The notes beneath the pieces are model-generated. The model searched no databases, had not been told where the DNA came from, and worked only from the letters and a program-made list of their open reading frames with translations. The position numbers and the translations under genes were made by a program. Positions 12,433 to 26,720 of a stretch of DNA of 64,000 nt are shown here, in pieces (the stretch's first letter is position 1; each line of letters begins with the position of its first letter). Source of the DNA: Lama guanicoe (taxonomy: Eukaryota); assembly GCA_013239625.1 (NCBI GenBank), contig MU054122.1, forward strand, positions 336,773-400,772, given 5' to 3'.

Positions 12433-15111
12433 GAAAAGCCCCTGCCATCAGAAAGCCATCAAGGAGTCCAGGTATTTGGAGCATTATCTGCCCGCGCTCC
12501 TTGCTTGGTGCCCTGCAATAGATGCTGTATTCCTCTCACCACAACCCGGTGGCAGCAGATTAGCTTTGCTGCCTGGTGGGTGAGCAGATCCCAACTGGTA
12601 ACATTAGGTTCAAAGACTGGGGACATCGTGTGGAGAATTTTACATACAGACTCTTCCTCAAAAAAAAAAAAAGTTTAATAGGGTGGCACAATGGCTTCTG
12701 ATCATCAGAGCAAGGAAACTCTGAAGCAATGAAAGCTGATGCTGAGACGGCATGCCAAAGTGGCGAAGTTGCTCAGGCAACGTGGAGGCTGCAGGAAGTT
12801 ACATGCTATCAAAACACAAACACGCCAAAAGCCAGTCACTGAACACATCTGGACAGCGAGCAAACTCCTAATTGACTGATCTCTTCAAAACCCGCGGCTC
12901 TTTTAAAGGCTGTTTGAGTTTACTTGCGGAATTCAGGTTAGTGTTATCAGAAGGAAAACCAGTGCAAAAAAAAAAAATTTCAGAAATCATGTGCAGACAT
13001 TTGGGGGCCCTTGAATTATGAAATAAAATGGGGAGAAGAATATGTCATAATAAAATAAAAAACAGCAGGTGGAATGTCTCATCTCACTACGGCAATTTTA
13101 TAAATGTAAGCGGAGGCAAAATCATGATGATCTATCACAGAATAACAATGATTTTTGAAATTCTGAAGGGCAAAGAGGGGACCTACTTCACTCAGTCAAC
13201 AGAAAACATGCTAGGATCCTGCTATCAATAAAGATTTTTTCTATGGCTCATATTGTGTAAAACAATGATGAAAAAACTATAAACTAGAATTTGTTCAAAA
13301 AGCAACTTCCAGAATTTCCCCTCAGTTCCCTGTTATACATTTTTACATCTGTCTTTGACATAATTGTGTCTTCCTCATCTGTTAGTAGCCCCCTCCCAGT
13401 AAGTTTGCACAAATGGATGAATGCATAAATGATCAACGAACCTGAGATACTTCGAGATTATAACTTATCCAGGGAAAAACAGATTCCAGAGCTGGTCAGA
13501 AAAAGTAAAATAAAATTCTAGGAAAAAAAAAATGTCAACAGGAAGAATTAGAACCAAAAGGATCTTCCGATTAACCCCCCAGCTAATTACAAGACTTAAT
13601 TAACCAGAAGAGCCCAGTCTCTGTTCATTCTATTTAATTGAGATTTTAGTGCATTTAAAATGATGCCCAAATATTCTCATTAATAATGAATGAAAGCATA
13701 TGGAAACTAGCTAACCAGATTTACTGTGCTTAGGTAAACCATAATTGGGTAGGGTTATGAGTGTCGTAGGAAACCAGTCCATCTCAAAATGGAGCAATAT
13801 AATTACACATGAAATTCAACAAGGAAACAGCACAACGTAATTAAAAATCCTTGAAAAGAGGAAATACAGTTACTCGAATGAGGTGTTGGCAGCTGAGCAA
13901 GCAGTCAATCAAGTCTCATTCCACGAAACTCAGGAGCAATAAACCTACTCAACAAAACTGAACTCTTGATTACATGAACGTGTATTAATCTCATATCTTC
14001 ATATTTACAATCTCCCAGCTGATAAAGTGTCCTGCTGTTATCTCACTGAAAATTTGGAACAATAGGAACCTAGTTAAATCAGAGCTGCTGCGTCTGGTTA
14101 GGAATTTTTTGTAACTGGGCAGAGTTGATGGGCTCTGTCTCCGTTTATGACAGGACCTCTTTCCTGCCACATCCCGGTTCTCCTTTAAAGCCCCTCCTCC
14201 CCCTCCCCGGGAGGATATTCATTCTTGCTGGTTGACTAATTCCTCGTTCCCATTTCTGACTCTTCCGAAAAACTAGAGTTTGTGAGTAGGATCATACATG
14301 GTAATGAGTTCTAATGAGCTTTTAACGGCTCCCACTTCACAATGAACATATTTGCATTTAAAAGTGTGTCCTTAAGGAATGTTTTTCTGCCCTCCTATCC
14401 AACCCTGCTGGCAACGAGAGCCCCATTCTGGTCTAGTCTAGTACTGCAACGACTTGGAGCCTCCAGAGCTGCTCCAGCCCCTCTTCCTCCACTTCTGGTG
14501 CCTACATCACCCAACTCTCAACTTCCCCCCAACTCCACTGGATAGACTGGCCTTTCTCACTTTTCACCGTGGGGATCTCTCTTGGCCATGGGTCGCAATG
14601 ACTGTGACCACAGTACAGCACCACTATTGGCTCCTCTTGCCCTGGACAACATGTGTCCTCTGTCCACCTTCAGCTCTGGCCTCCCAGAGCCTCACCCCAC
14701 CCCGTCACCTGACCCCCCGCCAAGCCAGTCCCAGGCCCCCGCACTGAGAGTCAGAGAAGTCAGTCATCTAAGCCAAGGCCCTAAAGTCGGGAGCTGGCCT
14801 CTGAAGCAGGTGCCAAGTTTTGGAGAGAAATGGGTTCCTCAAGCCCCCATGTGAGCCCTCATTCCTCCGTAAGTGTCAGGCCACAGGCAGGGGCCAAGGT
14901 GTGAGCTAAGAAGGCCACGAACAGGATGACCCTGAGTGGGGACCATTTGGCTGTGGATCCTTAATTTGAGCCCAGGGGACCCAACCACTGCTGCATCGAA
15001 ACAGCTGCGCCAAAGTGTCTTCCTTTGGTCTGAACGTTCATTTTCCTGATATACAGACCTTCAGGGAACTTTATCTACAAGAATTTTACAGGCATTAAGT
15101 GTATGTGAATA

Positions 15112-15582
15112 CAGGCATACCTCGGAGATACTGTGGGCTTGGTTTCTGACCCCCAAATAAAGCGATTATCCAATAAAGTAAGTCACACAAATTTTTTGGT
15201 TTCTCAGTGTTTATAAAAGTTATGCCTACACTGTACTGTTGTCTATCAAGTTTGCAATAGCATTATGTCTAAAAAAAAAGTACACACTTTTTAAATTAAA
15301 AAGTACTTCACTGCAAAAAAAATGCTAACCATCATCTGAGCCTTCAGCAAGTCATAGGGGTAACATCAAAGACCCCTGATCACAGACCACCATAGCAAAT
15401 ACAATCATCATGAAAAAGTTTGAAATATTGTGAGAATCACCAAAATGTGACACAGAGACATGAAGTGCGCCAATGCTGTTGCAAAAATGGCGCCAACAGA
15501 CTTGCTCAGCAGAGCTGCCACAAACCTTCAATTTTTAATAAATGCAAAAACCTGTGGAGTTCAATAAAATGAGGTCTGCCTG
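15112..15582 (-). mobile_element. Tigger1-derived non-autonomous DNA transposon
   Basis: TIRs CAGGCATACCTC...GAGGTCTGCCTG, preceded by TA (15110-15111). Both Tigger1 ends are joined with the transposase deleted. Confidence 0.9.
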
Positions 15583-16639
15583 TGTAAGAGAACCAAGAAG
15601 TTGAGATAAATGCCCACACAATGTTAGCATTTTGTTATCTAACATTCTTTCTTTTCAATTCTACCAAAACTTGAATGTATCTGTTAATTCAAGAAATACA
15701 ATATTTGGAATGATGATTTTTATTATAGCTGTGGGTTTTTCCTTAGGCTATGAATGCTTCCATCTAATTCAACTACTTATCATTTTTTTCCCTCGACTCT
15801 TCTGTTTTTTTTTCCCAGTAATAATACATATTTTCTCAACTTCTTAAATCTCTCTATGAGATACAATTGAATGTAATTTGGAATTTACAAGTCTTATCAC
15901 AGTCTCATTCTGCCTGAGCAACTCTAAATACAGAAAGTACAGCCTGCGTACATTTCTTCAGTGCTCCTGCAACACTTTGCTTAAGATTCCTGAAATTAAA
16001 ATGATGATTCTTTGACATCTTTTCCGTCTAGTCATTGCTGGCTTCTGGAAAACACCAGAAGCCCTACTTAGCCTGTGTCCCGACCTGAAACTTCTCACTT
16101 ACGGGTTGTCTGACATGGAAGTACTGACCATTTTGCCAAGGGAGTAGGCACGGAGCTAAAAATAAACAGAATCAACAATTTGCGATGCAATTACGCAGCC
16201 ATCCATTAATCTAGCTTATGAATGACAGCTATAGTGGAATGCCTTAAGGAAATCAAGATATTATCTATTACATTACTTCAGTCTACTGGGCTGGATAATA
16301 CCAGGATAATTCACTTTATAGTCTACCAAGTATTTACATTTAATCTCTGGAACAACGCTGCCAAATATTTTTATCACCAGTTTCATATAGTAAATATAAT
16401 TTATTGCTGTTAATCTAATATATTCTGTTTGTCCAGCTCACTTACTCTAATATTTGCTCTGCAATAATTCTTTAATCTCATTGAGACCTCCTCCAACACA
16501 TACATCCTATGTGTTTTCTTTCCCTCCTTCCTTCGACTCACACCCTCAAAAAACCCTCTTAATTCTCTTGCCTCTCTCTCTGTCACTCTTGTCTGGCAAA
16601 TTCAGAGCCCTGTGTACCCGACTCTACCAAATGGGATGA

Positions 16640-18890
16640 CCCCCCACCCCAGATCAGCCAACTACCTCTGGAGAAAAATTATATAACTCTGCTGGATGAT
16701 TTCACTTTAAATTCAGCTCTGCAGACTTTAAATGGGCATTTAGTAATAACTGCCAATCTTATAATGTGTCCCTACTAAATTTCACTCTCTTTCAAAATCA
16801 TCACTTCATTTCTTCTCTCTGCCCCAACCTCCTACACCCCCTACTCCCTGGGCTCCCTCTCAGCTGATGGCCTTACCTTGCACTTCACTGGGAAAACAGA
16901 AGCCCACAAAGGGTAGTCCCTTCATACATCTTCCACTGTATCAAGACCCTCTTACCTTCTGTGCTTCCATTTGTCTGCCATAACCATACCAGAGGCTGGT
17001 GGCTTAAACAACAGACGTTAATTTTTTCATAGTCCTGGAGGCTACAAGTCCAAAATCAAGGGGCCATCGGGATTGGCTTCTGGTAAGACCTCTCTTCCTG
17101 GCTTGCAGATAAGTCACCATCTCACCGTGTCCTCGTGGCCATTTTTCTGTTCGTGCCCGTGAGGAGAGAGCTCTCTGGTGTCTCCTCCTCTTTTTACAAA
17201 GGCACCAGTCCCACTGCGTTGGAGCTCCATGCTGATGACCTCACTTAACCTTAATTAGCTCCCTAAAGACTCTGTCCCTAAATACAGTCACACGTTGGGG
17301 TCGGGGGAGCTTAGGGCTTCAGCATACAGTTTGGTGAAGACACAAATCAGTGCTGAACACTGCTCATCTTCTCTAACCATGAGTTACAACAGAAAATAGT
17401 CCTTTGCTCCCATCAAAAGCCAGTAGCCCCTCCCCAACGTGCTCTGATCCCAGCCTGTATCATTTCATAAGAATGTCACTGACCCACTCGTCTCTCCTTT
17501 TGCATAACCAGTCTCTTCTCGGGATCATTCTTACCAGAATTTAAACATTCTCCTCCCTTGACTCCATAGTCCTTCTCCATCTCCCAACTCAATTTTCTAC
17601 CTCCCTTTGAAACACTAATTCTCAAAGAACTATCTAAAATCCCTGCCTCCCCTTTGCCAACAATGTATTCACTCATTAGACCACTCATATCTGGCTAAAA
17701 CTGCTTACCTCAAACTTTCAACATCTTCCACGCTCCAAATTCAATGGGCACGTCTCTTTTCTCATCTCCTTCCATTTTCCAGCATGATCTGACCCAGGTG
17801 ACCACTCTCCTCCCTGAAAACTCTTATTCTCAGATCCACTACGTCACACCCTCCTGGTTCTCCTCTGCTGGCTCCTACTCCTCTTTCAAACCTCTAAATA
17901 CTGGCATGCCTTAGAACTTGCTCCTGCAAAGTTCATCTTCTCTTCTCCAGCTATTTCTAGTGCTAAGTGATCTCATCCCATTCCTTGGCTTTGAACACTG
18001 TCCCTCTCTGGCCATCACATCTGAATTTATACGTGCAGTTCTGACCTCTCTCTTCAGCTCCAGATGCATTTAAACAGTCCCAGCGCCTATCTGATGGTCT
18101 CTCCTGGACACCTAATAGTCTTGTCAAATGTAGGGGTTCCAAAATGACACCCCTGACTTCCTTTTCCAGGCTTCCCCATCTCAGTGAATGGCAATGAGCT
18201 GCTCAAGCCAAAACTGTATCCCCCTTGCTTTCTCCTCATCTCTTATCTCCTCCATCCAGTCTTTTGGCAGCTCTGCCCCAGATCCATCCACGTCTCCTTA
18301 CCTCTGCTTCCATCACTGCAGCCCATGGCACATCTTCTCTTGTCTGGACTGGAGCCAGGGCTTCCGAACCTGCCTTTCTGTCTCCATTTTTGCCCCACTG
18401 CCATCCATTCTCCATGCACCTACCAGAGGAAACTTTTCAAAATGTAAATCATGTTTTGTTGTCCCCTTGCTCAACACTCTTCAGTGATTTCACTTATTAT
18501 TGGAATAAAACTCAAAGTCGTCACCAAGGCCAGCATTCTACACGGTTGTCTGACTCACCAGCTGTCTCACGATTCTCCCTGCATCTCCCCCCTGCCCTCC
18601 ACATTCCCTTCTTTCTGCTTCTTGAACACGCCAAACCAGCATCTGGCCCTCACGGTCCCCTCTGCCTTGAACATTACCTCTCATCCTTTAGGTCTTAACT
18701 CAGATGTCATCCCCTCAAAGTGACTTTGCCTACTCCCATTCCTAGCACTGACTTTCTATTTTCGCATGCTACTTATCACTACTTATCTACCCAAGAGGGC
18801 GGAGCTTTGGTCCGTCACCTCCCTGCCGTATCTCCAGCACCAAGCACCTTCCTGGCACATTAATAATAAAAATTCATTGAAAAAATGAAA
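16640..18890 (+). mobile_element. Ancient LINE-2 (L2a-like) fragment, interrupted by an MLT1 LTR
   Basis: Long C/T-rich degenerate L2 sequence ending in a CCTGGCACAT...AATAAAAATTCATTGAA terminus. Boundaries approximate. Confidence 0.7.
16959..17359 (-). mobile_element. MLT1 (ERVL-MaLR) solo LTR
   Basis: CTGCCATAAC...GGTGGCTTAAACAACAGA...CTGGAGGCTACAAGTCCAAAATCAAGG...CCTCTCTTCCTGGCTTGCAGA...AACA. Confidence 0.85.
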
Positions 18891-20351
18891 TTGATCACCG
18901 ACTGTCTCCCTCCAGGCTGCCAAAAGAAGCGCATAATTGTCTTCCCCCCATCCTTCATTTGTCCCCGCTCCAACTGTCTCTAAGGAAGGCTATCTCAGCC
19001 AGGCTGGTCCTGGACTCTTTGTATGTCTGAGTCAGAGAGCTGACAGAGAATTAATAGAAGATAGATCCTTCAGGCTTAGGAAGGGAAAGACTTAGAGAAA
19101 TTGGTTGTCAGCCAGAAATAATAAAGAATAGAGGTCTGGGTGAGGAAGGGAGGAGAGGGAGCACTGAAAAGAGGGGAAAAAACCCACGTGGTCCAGGTGT
19201 GGGTGAGCTCTTTCAGCACTTGTCAAATTTGAGTCTCTGGAGCAGATGGGACAGGAAAAACTGAAACACTTAAGTGGGATATGAGCAGCAGCGCTAGGAA
19301 TTCTGAACTGGATCCCTTTTCATGTATCTTGAGAGGAAGGAAAATAAGGACGTAATTTACACACACACAACACACACTTTTTTTTTTTTTTGCCTGTTGA
19401 ATTTCACTTCCTTAAATGCCAGCCCAAAGTTGAACTATCTGAGACCATGACTCCAATACAATTACAGACATTCGAAGAAAGGGAAGTTCAGAGAGGTTAT
19501 GGGCCATAACCATAGTCACTGAGTAAATAATGCCAAACAAAGGTTCAAACACAGGACTTCTGCCTACAAGGCCTGGGCTTATATTCCTACACCATCTGCT
19601 TCTTTCCAAAACAAGAAATGAGGTTAATTGGACATGTCTTGTTTCCAACAACGTGGCCTCCTTCTGTTACCCCTTTTCCTTCTAATTGCTCGGGGTAATG
19701 TAAGCCAAACTCACCAATTTACGGTTTCCAAAATGTATCTGTATCCTCCCTCCAAATATCACAATAATGTTTGTTCCATCTTTAGTTTTCTATCACTTCT
19801 CCTCTTCCCTGAGATCCCACAGAGATGACCAGTAGTGGGCATCCAATTACATGGGTAAGGAACACTTAGTTCCTGGCAGATAATTTGTCTCCATCTGGAG
19901 AACAGAATTTACTTAAAGTGACAAGGTGATCTCTGACTAGCTCTTCAACTGTCTGGGGTGTCCAGTCTCTTCACTGTGCCTGATGTTTCCTATTTGAATA
20001 TCATGGTTCTTGAGACAGAAGTTGGAAACATAAGAATGGAGCAGTTCTGATTTCCCCAACTTCTGGGAACAAAAGCCAAGCTGCCCCAAGCAACAAGCAT
20101 ATTCCTTCCTTCCTTGGTTTTTCACTTAAAACACGGCTACCAAAAAAAAAAAAAAGCAGAGGTTCATTCTATTTTTTAGCCTTTTCCATGACCTTTTAAC
20201 ATCTTTATGCCCCTCTTCTGCATACATTTTTGTACACACCCTTTAATTTTCCACACAAATTTTCTGAATTTGAGATCATGTCATCATGCTCTCATTCATA
20301 AGATGCTTCCCAATTTTTTTTCATTTGCATCTATAGCATCAGAATTTTATT

Positions 20352-20515
20352 AGTAGTACAGCAACAGGGAACTATATTCAATATCTTGTGATAACCTTTA
20401 AAGGAAAAGAATGTGAAAATGAATATATGTACACATATGCATGACTGGGACGTTATGCTGTACACCAGAAATTGACACGACATTGTAAACTGACTATACG
20501 TCAATTAAAAAAAAA
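20352..20515 (+). mobile_element. Very short LINE-1 3' UTR insertion
   Basis: Matches the 3' tip of the L1 at 24136. A tail present; 11-bp TSD AGAATTTTATT at 20341-20351 and 20516-20526. Confidence 0.9.
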
Positions 20516-21818
20516 AGAATTTTATTTTTAAAGAGTTTTTCTGCCTGGCAAGCCTTACATAGACATATGTGTTTTCCAAATAGATAAGGAAGAGGTGATA
20601 AAGTGATAACCATGATACAGATAATTCTTTAAAAACTATCATCTCAAAGACTGAGGACTCTGAAATACTTTGTAAAAGAGGTAAGTCGTGAATACTTTCA
20701 TCGCTCATGATCATCCCCCAAATCTCTCTGTGAGGGTCACTCCAGGAACAGATCCTGATAACTACTTCTTGGAGCCAATTTAAATGCTTAAATATGCAAG
20801 CGCTAGGAAGTTAGTGCTCACAAGTGTCGAAGATGCCATGGTGTCGGGACACCTTCTTCGGAACTGGGGCATTCATCTCTCCAGCAGCCAGAACCCTGGT
20901 CTGCTGATACCCACGTGGGTCCTTCCTCAGGAACTACTCTTGGACAAAGGAGCTGCTTCCTCTGAGATCACATGGCCCCAGGAGGCAGCTGCATCCCACG
21001 ACGAATCAGTGCCTGGCCCCTTACCTCAATCCAGCCCAACTCCAAGGAGACATTCCAGCTTCCCAGTTCCCTGTAGCCAAGACCTTTGTTGCAGCAGCAT
21101 TAAAGTGTGAGCTCTGCCCCTGCCGTTCCTGCTTCCTGCACCCCTCATAGGCATTGTCCCCGGGATCACTTCCTAATAAATGTCCTATACACAAATCTCC
21201 ATCCCAGAGTCTATTTCTCAGCGAACCCAACTTCCAAGGATCCCTAATACAATCAAAATTATATAGTATGGAGTTTAATTCATCTGTGCTTTTAACTGGT
21301 ATGCAAAAAAAATCATATATGTAAACTGTCCAATTTATTAGACCTATTAAGTAAGATACAAGAACTCAAAATATGCACACAAAGTTAGAACAAGTCTTCA
21401 ACTGAATTTTATTTCTTTTTGGGGACATTTTCCATGGGTATACAGCCCCTAAATATAAAGAAAACAAGTGGAGAAATGAAAAACTCTGCAAATGTTTGCT
21501 TTATACATTCCTTTTCAGACTCTATTCTAGATTTTGTTAATTTTAACAGTTTAGAATTTATAATTTCATGTATATAATTTAAATTTTAAATTGGGATAAA
21601 GTATGAGCACCTACTAATGATATCAGGTCCCTCATTTCACTTTTATTCAAGAGAACAACAGTCCTTAAGCCAACAGAAATCATGCCACATGAGGAGAAAC
21701 ACGGTATTTTAAAATAAATTGAAAAAACAAACAAAACTTTGGGAAAAAGCTCCTATTTAAAATGGTCAACAACTCTAAACCTTCTAGGAAATATCATTTT
21801 TAATCTCCAAAATACTGC

Positions 21819-21819
<1 letters not shown>

Positions 21820-21851
<32 letters not shown>
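21820..21851. repeat. Compound (TA)n(CA)n microsatellite
   Basis: TATATA... run followed by CACACACACA. Confidence 0.85.
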
Positions 21852-23537
21852 TTCTGGGTTATTTTTTCCCCTAAAGTAACTCCCCACAAGTAGTAATTAA
21901 GAGTTGTTTTATGGGACAGAATTTAGCCAGTCAGAGGCAAGGGCTGTGAATCAGAAAGACAAAATGTATCCTATCGTATCATATTCTGTGTTGCCACAAT
22001 ACTGATCTTCTCTTTATGGAAGGGTGGCCCACAGCCCCTCTCGTCATTAACAGAGGATAACGTACTGCTCCACGGCAAACAGAGCCTTAAATAATTCTGC
22101 CCCTCCCTTTCCGCCATCCCCTGGCTGAACAGGTAAAATGCAATGATGTCGTTACGGCTCACGACACATTGATTAATCAGGTAATACACATTCTAAACAC
22201 TTAGTGAAATGGACTGGAAAAAAACTATTTTACTGACTCTCAGGGACAACAATTTATCTTCTCCTACTTCAATGGCAGTGCTGTATCTATGTCTTCACAG
22301 GCAATGGCACTTAAAAACGATCAAAAGTGCCTCGGTTTCGTGGATGTGACACCACTTAAAGTCCACTACATTTGGCTAAAAGTGCCCACCCCCCAAAAAA
22401 GGAACGACTTAAAGCATGCTAAGAGAGAGGGGAATGAAAGAAAACACAGAAATTGTTGAACAGTATGGACCAGACAGGATGATGGACAGTTGTAATTTCA
22501 CGTTGAATAGAGCCACCTGGAAAATGATGAAAATCTCTTTCAACACGACAGAAAATAAATGCGCATGGGAGCAACTGTTAACAGAATACTGTTGCCATTG
22601 GTTCGGCAGTTCCGGACCCAGGAGATACTCAGAGAGAGTTTGGTATCAAAAATTATGTGTCTGACATATGATGCAGGCAAATCAGCAGGTAATGAGATAG
22701 ACATATGGAAACCACACCAGAAGCAGCGGCCACTCCATAAAGTCCAACCATGGAAAACAGGGAGGAGGATGCTTGTGAAATTCACTGTATTTACAACCGC
22801 TCCTTCCTGTTGTCCAAATTCTGATCCTCTCCTCGGGAACCTCCTGGAATTCTCCAGAGCTGGTCCCCTTGTTAGATGTTTTCATACCCCTTTCTTTTTT
22901 TCCCTCTGTGTAACTCGGTGTTTCTGGGGTTCTGTGATGAATGTTTCCCTCCTCCAGCCAGACTGTCAGCTCCGTGAAGCTGGAGACCCCATATATATAT
23001 AAAAAGTGGGTGTGGGATAGACTCCAGTGCTCCAAAAACAGTTTTAATTTAAAAAAAAATTTTTTTAGCAATAAAGTATTTTTAAGTTAAGGTGTGCACA
23101 TGGCTTTTTTAGAGAATGCTTTTGCACATGTAATAGTAGAGTGTAAAAAGAACTTTTTTTTTTTGGTTCAAGCAACAAAAATAAAACAGTGACTATGTTC
23201 CCTGTGCCACACACCACATCACCGTGATTTACTGATTTTACCTCTCCAAATGTACTTTCTAAATGAGGGGAATATCTTCTCGACAGCATCAGTGGTTTTC
23301 TCCCTTTTCTCGTCTCTTTTGGTGGCTGCAGGCCTTGTCCTCTAGACAGTGTTACTTTCTCTTCTGCTCCCACTGTGATGAGATTACAGGAGCAGACAGC
23401 ATCCCGGGAGCAAAGTGACACTGACAGGAAAGGGACACATTTCTTCCACTCCTCTGCATGCTGAAAACAGACCCCTTGTTCAAATGCATTCAGGCACCTG
23501 CGACAGGTCCTGATATATATACATAAGCAATAATCTT

Positions 23538-23669
23538 TATTTTTATATTTATTTTTAGTGGGGGAGGTAATTAGGTTTATTTATTTACTTTTAATGGAGG
23601 GACTGGGGATTGAACCCAGGACCTCATGCTTGCTAAGCAGGTGCTCTACCACTGAGCTCTACCCTCCCC
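23538..23669 (-). mobile_element. tRNA-derived camelid-type SINE
   Basis: Reverse complement of the same SINE head. 16-bp TSD CATAAGCA(A/G)TAATCTT at 23522-23537 and 23670-23685. Confidence 0.92.
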
Positions 23670-24135
23670 CATAAGCAGTAATCTTAATGGGAATCTTACA
23701 TCTTTGTCTGAAATTATCTTCAGAATGATACTATGTGTGTATATATATATAATATATTTACATATATAAATACACATAAATTCTATTGGGCCTTTATAGT
23801 TAACTAAAGTGATGCGGAAATCACAGGTACTAATTGAGCCCCTGCTATGGCCAGTTATTACAAAATTATCCAAAATCAAGAACAGAGATACAACAGATTT
23901 TCACTGGATCCTTTGGTCCAGCAATGGTCATTCTCACACTTTCCAACTCCTGGTTTGGAAGCCACACCCCTCCATCACCCCCACCTCACGCTTTATGCTG
24001 ATTACCTTACCCTTAACAAATTTCATAGCAGTATTTCCAAGTTCTGCTTTTGCCTGATCGTCATTGCAACAGACACTATTTTTCGTGTGTGTCTGTCATC
24101 TGCTAATTTATTCATTTTAAGATTTTTCCCTTCTT

Positions 24136-24896
24136 GAACCCTCCTACTCTGTTGGTGGGAATACAGTTTGTGCAGCCATTGTGGAAAACAGTATGGAGAT
24201 TCCTCAAAAGACTAAAAATAGACTTATCATATGACCCAGCAATTCTACTCTGGGGCGTATATCCAGAGGGAACCTTAATTCAAAAAGACACCTGCACCCC
24301 AGTGTTCACAGCAGCACTATTTACAATAGCCAAGGCATGGAAACAATGTAAATGGCCATCGACAGATGACTGGATAAAGAAGATGTGGTATATTTATACA
24401 AGGGAATACTACTCAGCTATTAATAATAGTAAAATAATGCCATTTGCAGCAACATGGATGGCCCTGGAGAATGTCATTCTAAGTGAAGTAAACCAGAAAG
24501 AGAAAGAAAAATACCATATGAGATCACTCATATGTGGAATCTAAAAAAAACAACAACAACAACAACAAAAAACAAAAAGACAAATGAACTTAGTTATAAA
24601 ACATCAACAGACTCACAGACATAGAAAACAGACTTATGGTTACCAGGGGGGAAGAGGGGTGAGAAGGGATAAATTGGGAGTTTGAGATTTCCAGATACTG
24701 ACTGGCATATATAAAATAGATGAACAAGTTTATACTGTATAGCAAAGGGAACTATATTTAATATCTTGTAGTAGCTTACAGTAAAAAAGAATATGAAAAT
24801 GAATATATGTATGTTCATGTATGACTGAAGCATTGAGCTGTACACCAGAAAATGACACAACATTGTAAACTGACTACACTTCAATTAAGAAAAAAA
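24136..24896 (+). mobile_element. Young 5'-truncated LINE-1 3' end
   Basis: ORF2 C-terminus ([19 protein letters not shown]...YHMRSLICGI), 3' UTR and A tail. Perfect 17-bp TSD AAGATTTTTCCCTTCTT at 24119-24135 and 24897-24913. Confidence 0.96.
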
Positions 24897-26364
24897 AAGA
24901 TTTTTCCCTTCTTATCAATTACAGAACAAGGGGAAAATGGATTTTAATTTACAGACATTTCAACAGGTCTAACAAGAGACCTTCTCTCATTCCAATCATT
25001 CATAATTATTTCAGTATCTCCAGTTTTTGCTTGCAGCTTGTATCTAGCAAACGAATTTTTTCTGTTCGTCTTTCAGAAAGAAATGAGTGTAACATCTTCA
25101 GGGCTATCGTAAATAAGTGGTGATCTTGAGAACTATCTTACTTGCCGTTAGTTATTTGAGACACAAAACTGGAGTAATAACCAGGATTGTTTTATAAGGC
25201 AAGATGACTTTCAGAAAGGATAGAAATTACTGATTAGTGTATGAACACTCTGGTAGCAGGATCTGCTTGAGCTCTACATGGGGTTCTCTCAGGTTCTCCA
25301 GGGAGCCGACCATGAGACAAGGATTCAAATGGAGAGTGTAGGTTTGAGAGACGACCCCAGGTAAGATGGGAGGGGACTAAGATACTGTGCTTTAATACCC
25401 AAACTGAGTCCCAGTGTTATGTGTGCCTTGACATGTGGGGAAAACCCGGGGCCCTCGAGCAGCCTGCTGGCAGGTCCTCCTCCCCACTCTGTGCCCACAG
25501 ATACGGTCCCTTAGCCAAAGAGCCCTCCTGGTCACAGAGTCAGGTGTGGTCCCTGTTTATCCCTTAGCAGTGGGCTTCAGTTCCCAGTCAGCCCATGGAA
25601 TTATTCAAACAAACAAATCACATCCTTCCACAAGAACCAGGAGTCACCCCACCCTCTTGGTACTACAAAGCCCGCCTCCCACAGCCCCTGCTGGGTCACC
25701 AGGGTTCCAGAGCTGCAATCTCTGTGTGGCAGGCAGTGTCCTCACCCGGGCTGAGCATAGGGGACTGTAACTGCTGTCCACCTCATCTACAGGGGTGATG
25801 TGTGTCCCGTCAGGAATCTGCCGCCCTCACCAGTGCAGCGAACAGGAGAAAATTAAAACAGACCCAGAAGAAAATGCATCTCATAAAATGCGCATTATCA
25901 AGCAAGTTACTGCCGTAGCCATGGGAAAACCGAAGCTGAAAGCCTCTGGAGACTTCTAGAAGCCAGCGGACAGCCAGCCTCAGAGACACCCACCCCATGT
26001 GGCAGAAGAGCTGGGCTTTTTTCTTTTTTTTTTTTTTGAGCCAACTCTTGTCCGTCGGCAGTTGAGAGCTGCCCCACGGGCATTCATTCTCCCAGACTTG
26101 GAGCACATTATAAATGGGCGCTGCGATCAGCCAGCCAGAGACAGCCCTTGGGCAGAGAGACGAGAGGCCTGCAGGTGGAAGATGGCCTGCAGGCGCCACA
26201 GTGCTAAGGCCTGAGGGGACGTGGGCTACGGTGTGAGAAAAGTCCAGGCCATTATGCCAAAACCCTGTTAGTTCCCAGGTTTTCCTACAAAATTCATTAA
26301 TTTGCACTCAGAAAGACTCCATCTTTTAGTGCAGATAAAGTTCTCTGCAGGAAAAGAGGATTTT

Positions 26365-26451
26365 TTTTTTTAATAGAGGTACTGGGGAATTGAACCCAGA
26401 ACCTTGTGCAAGCTTGGCATGTGATCTACCCCTGAGCTATACCCACCCCTC
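26365..26451 (-). mobile_element. tRNA-derived camelid-type SINE (short form)
   Basis: GAGGTACTGGGGAATTGAACCCAG...CTGAGCTATACCC with TSD GAAAAGAG(G/A)ATTTT. Confidence 0.88.
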
Positions 26452-26562
26452 AAGAAAAGAGAATTTTTAAAGAAAAAAAATGTTGAATGCCATGGTTTGA
26501 TCAACAATGGGGCCCACTCATTTCTCTAACATCCAGCGTTTAGGAGCGAGGCAGCCTAAGTT

Positions 26563-26720
26563 GGTGGGTTTCAGACGTCAGCACGTATGGGAATCACATG
26601 GATGGCTTGGGTCTCAATGCCAGAGTCTCTCATTAAGCAGCCTGGGGTAAGGCCTGAGAATCTGTATTTCTAACAAGTTCCCTGGTAGCTGATGCTACTC
26701 GTCCAGAGACCACACAGAGC
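26563..26720. mobile_element. MER5A-like hAT MITE
   Basis: GGCCTGAGAATCTGTATTTCTAACAAGTTCCCTGG...GGTCCAGAGACCACAC-like core. Confidence 0.7.

Larger units (their letters stand above)
11194..12603 (+). mobile_element. ERV solo LTR containing a second LTR-like insert and a SINE
   Basis: TG...GGTAACA termini and LTR-like R/U5 sequence (CTCCTTGCTTGGTGCCCTGCAATAGATGCTG...ACCACAACCCGG). The left boundary is approximate. Confidence 0.6.
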
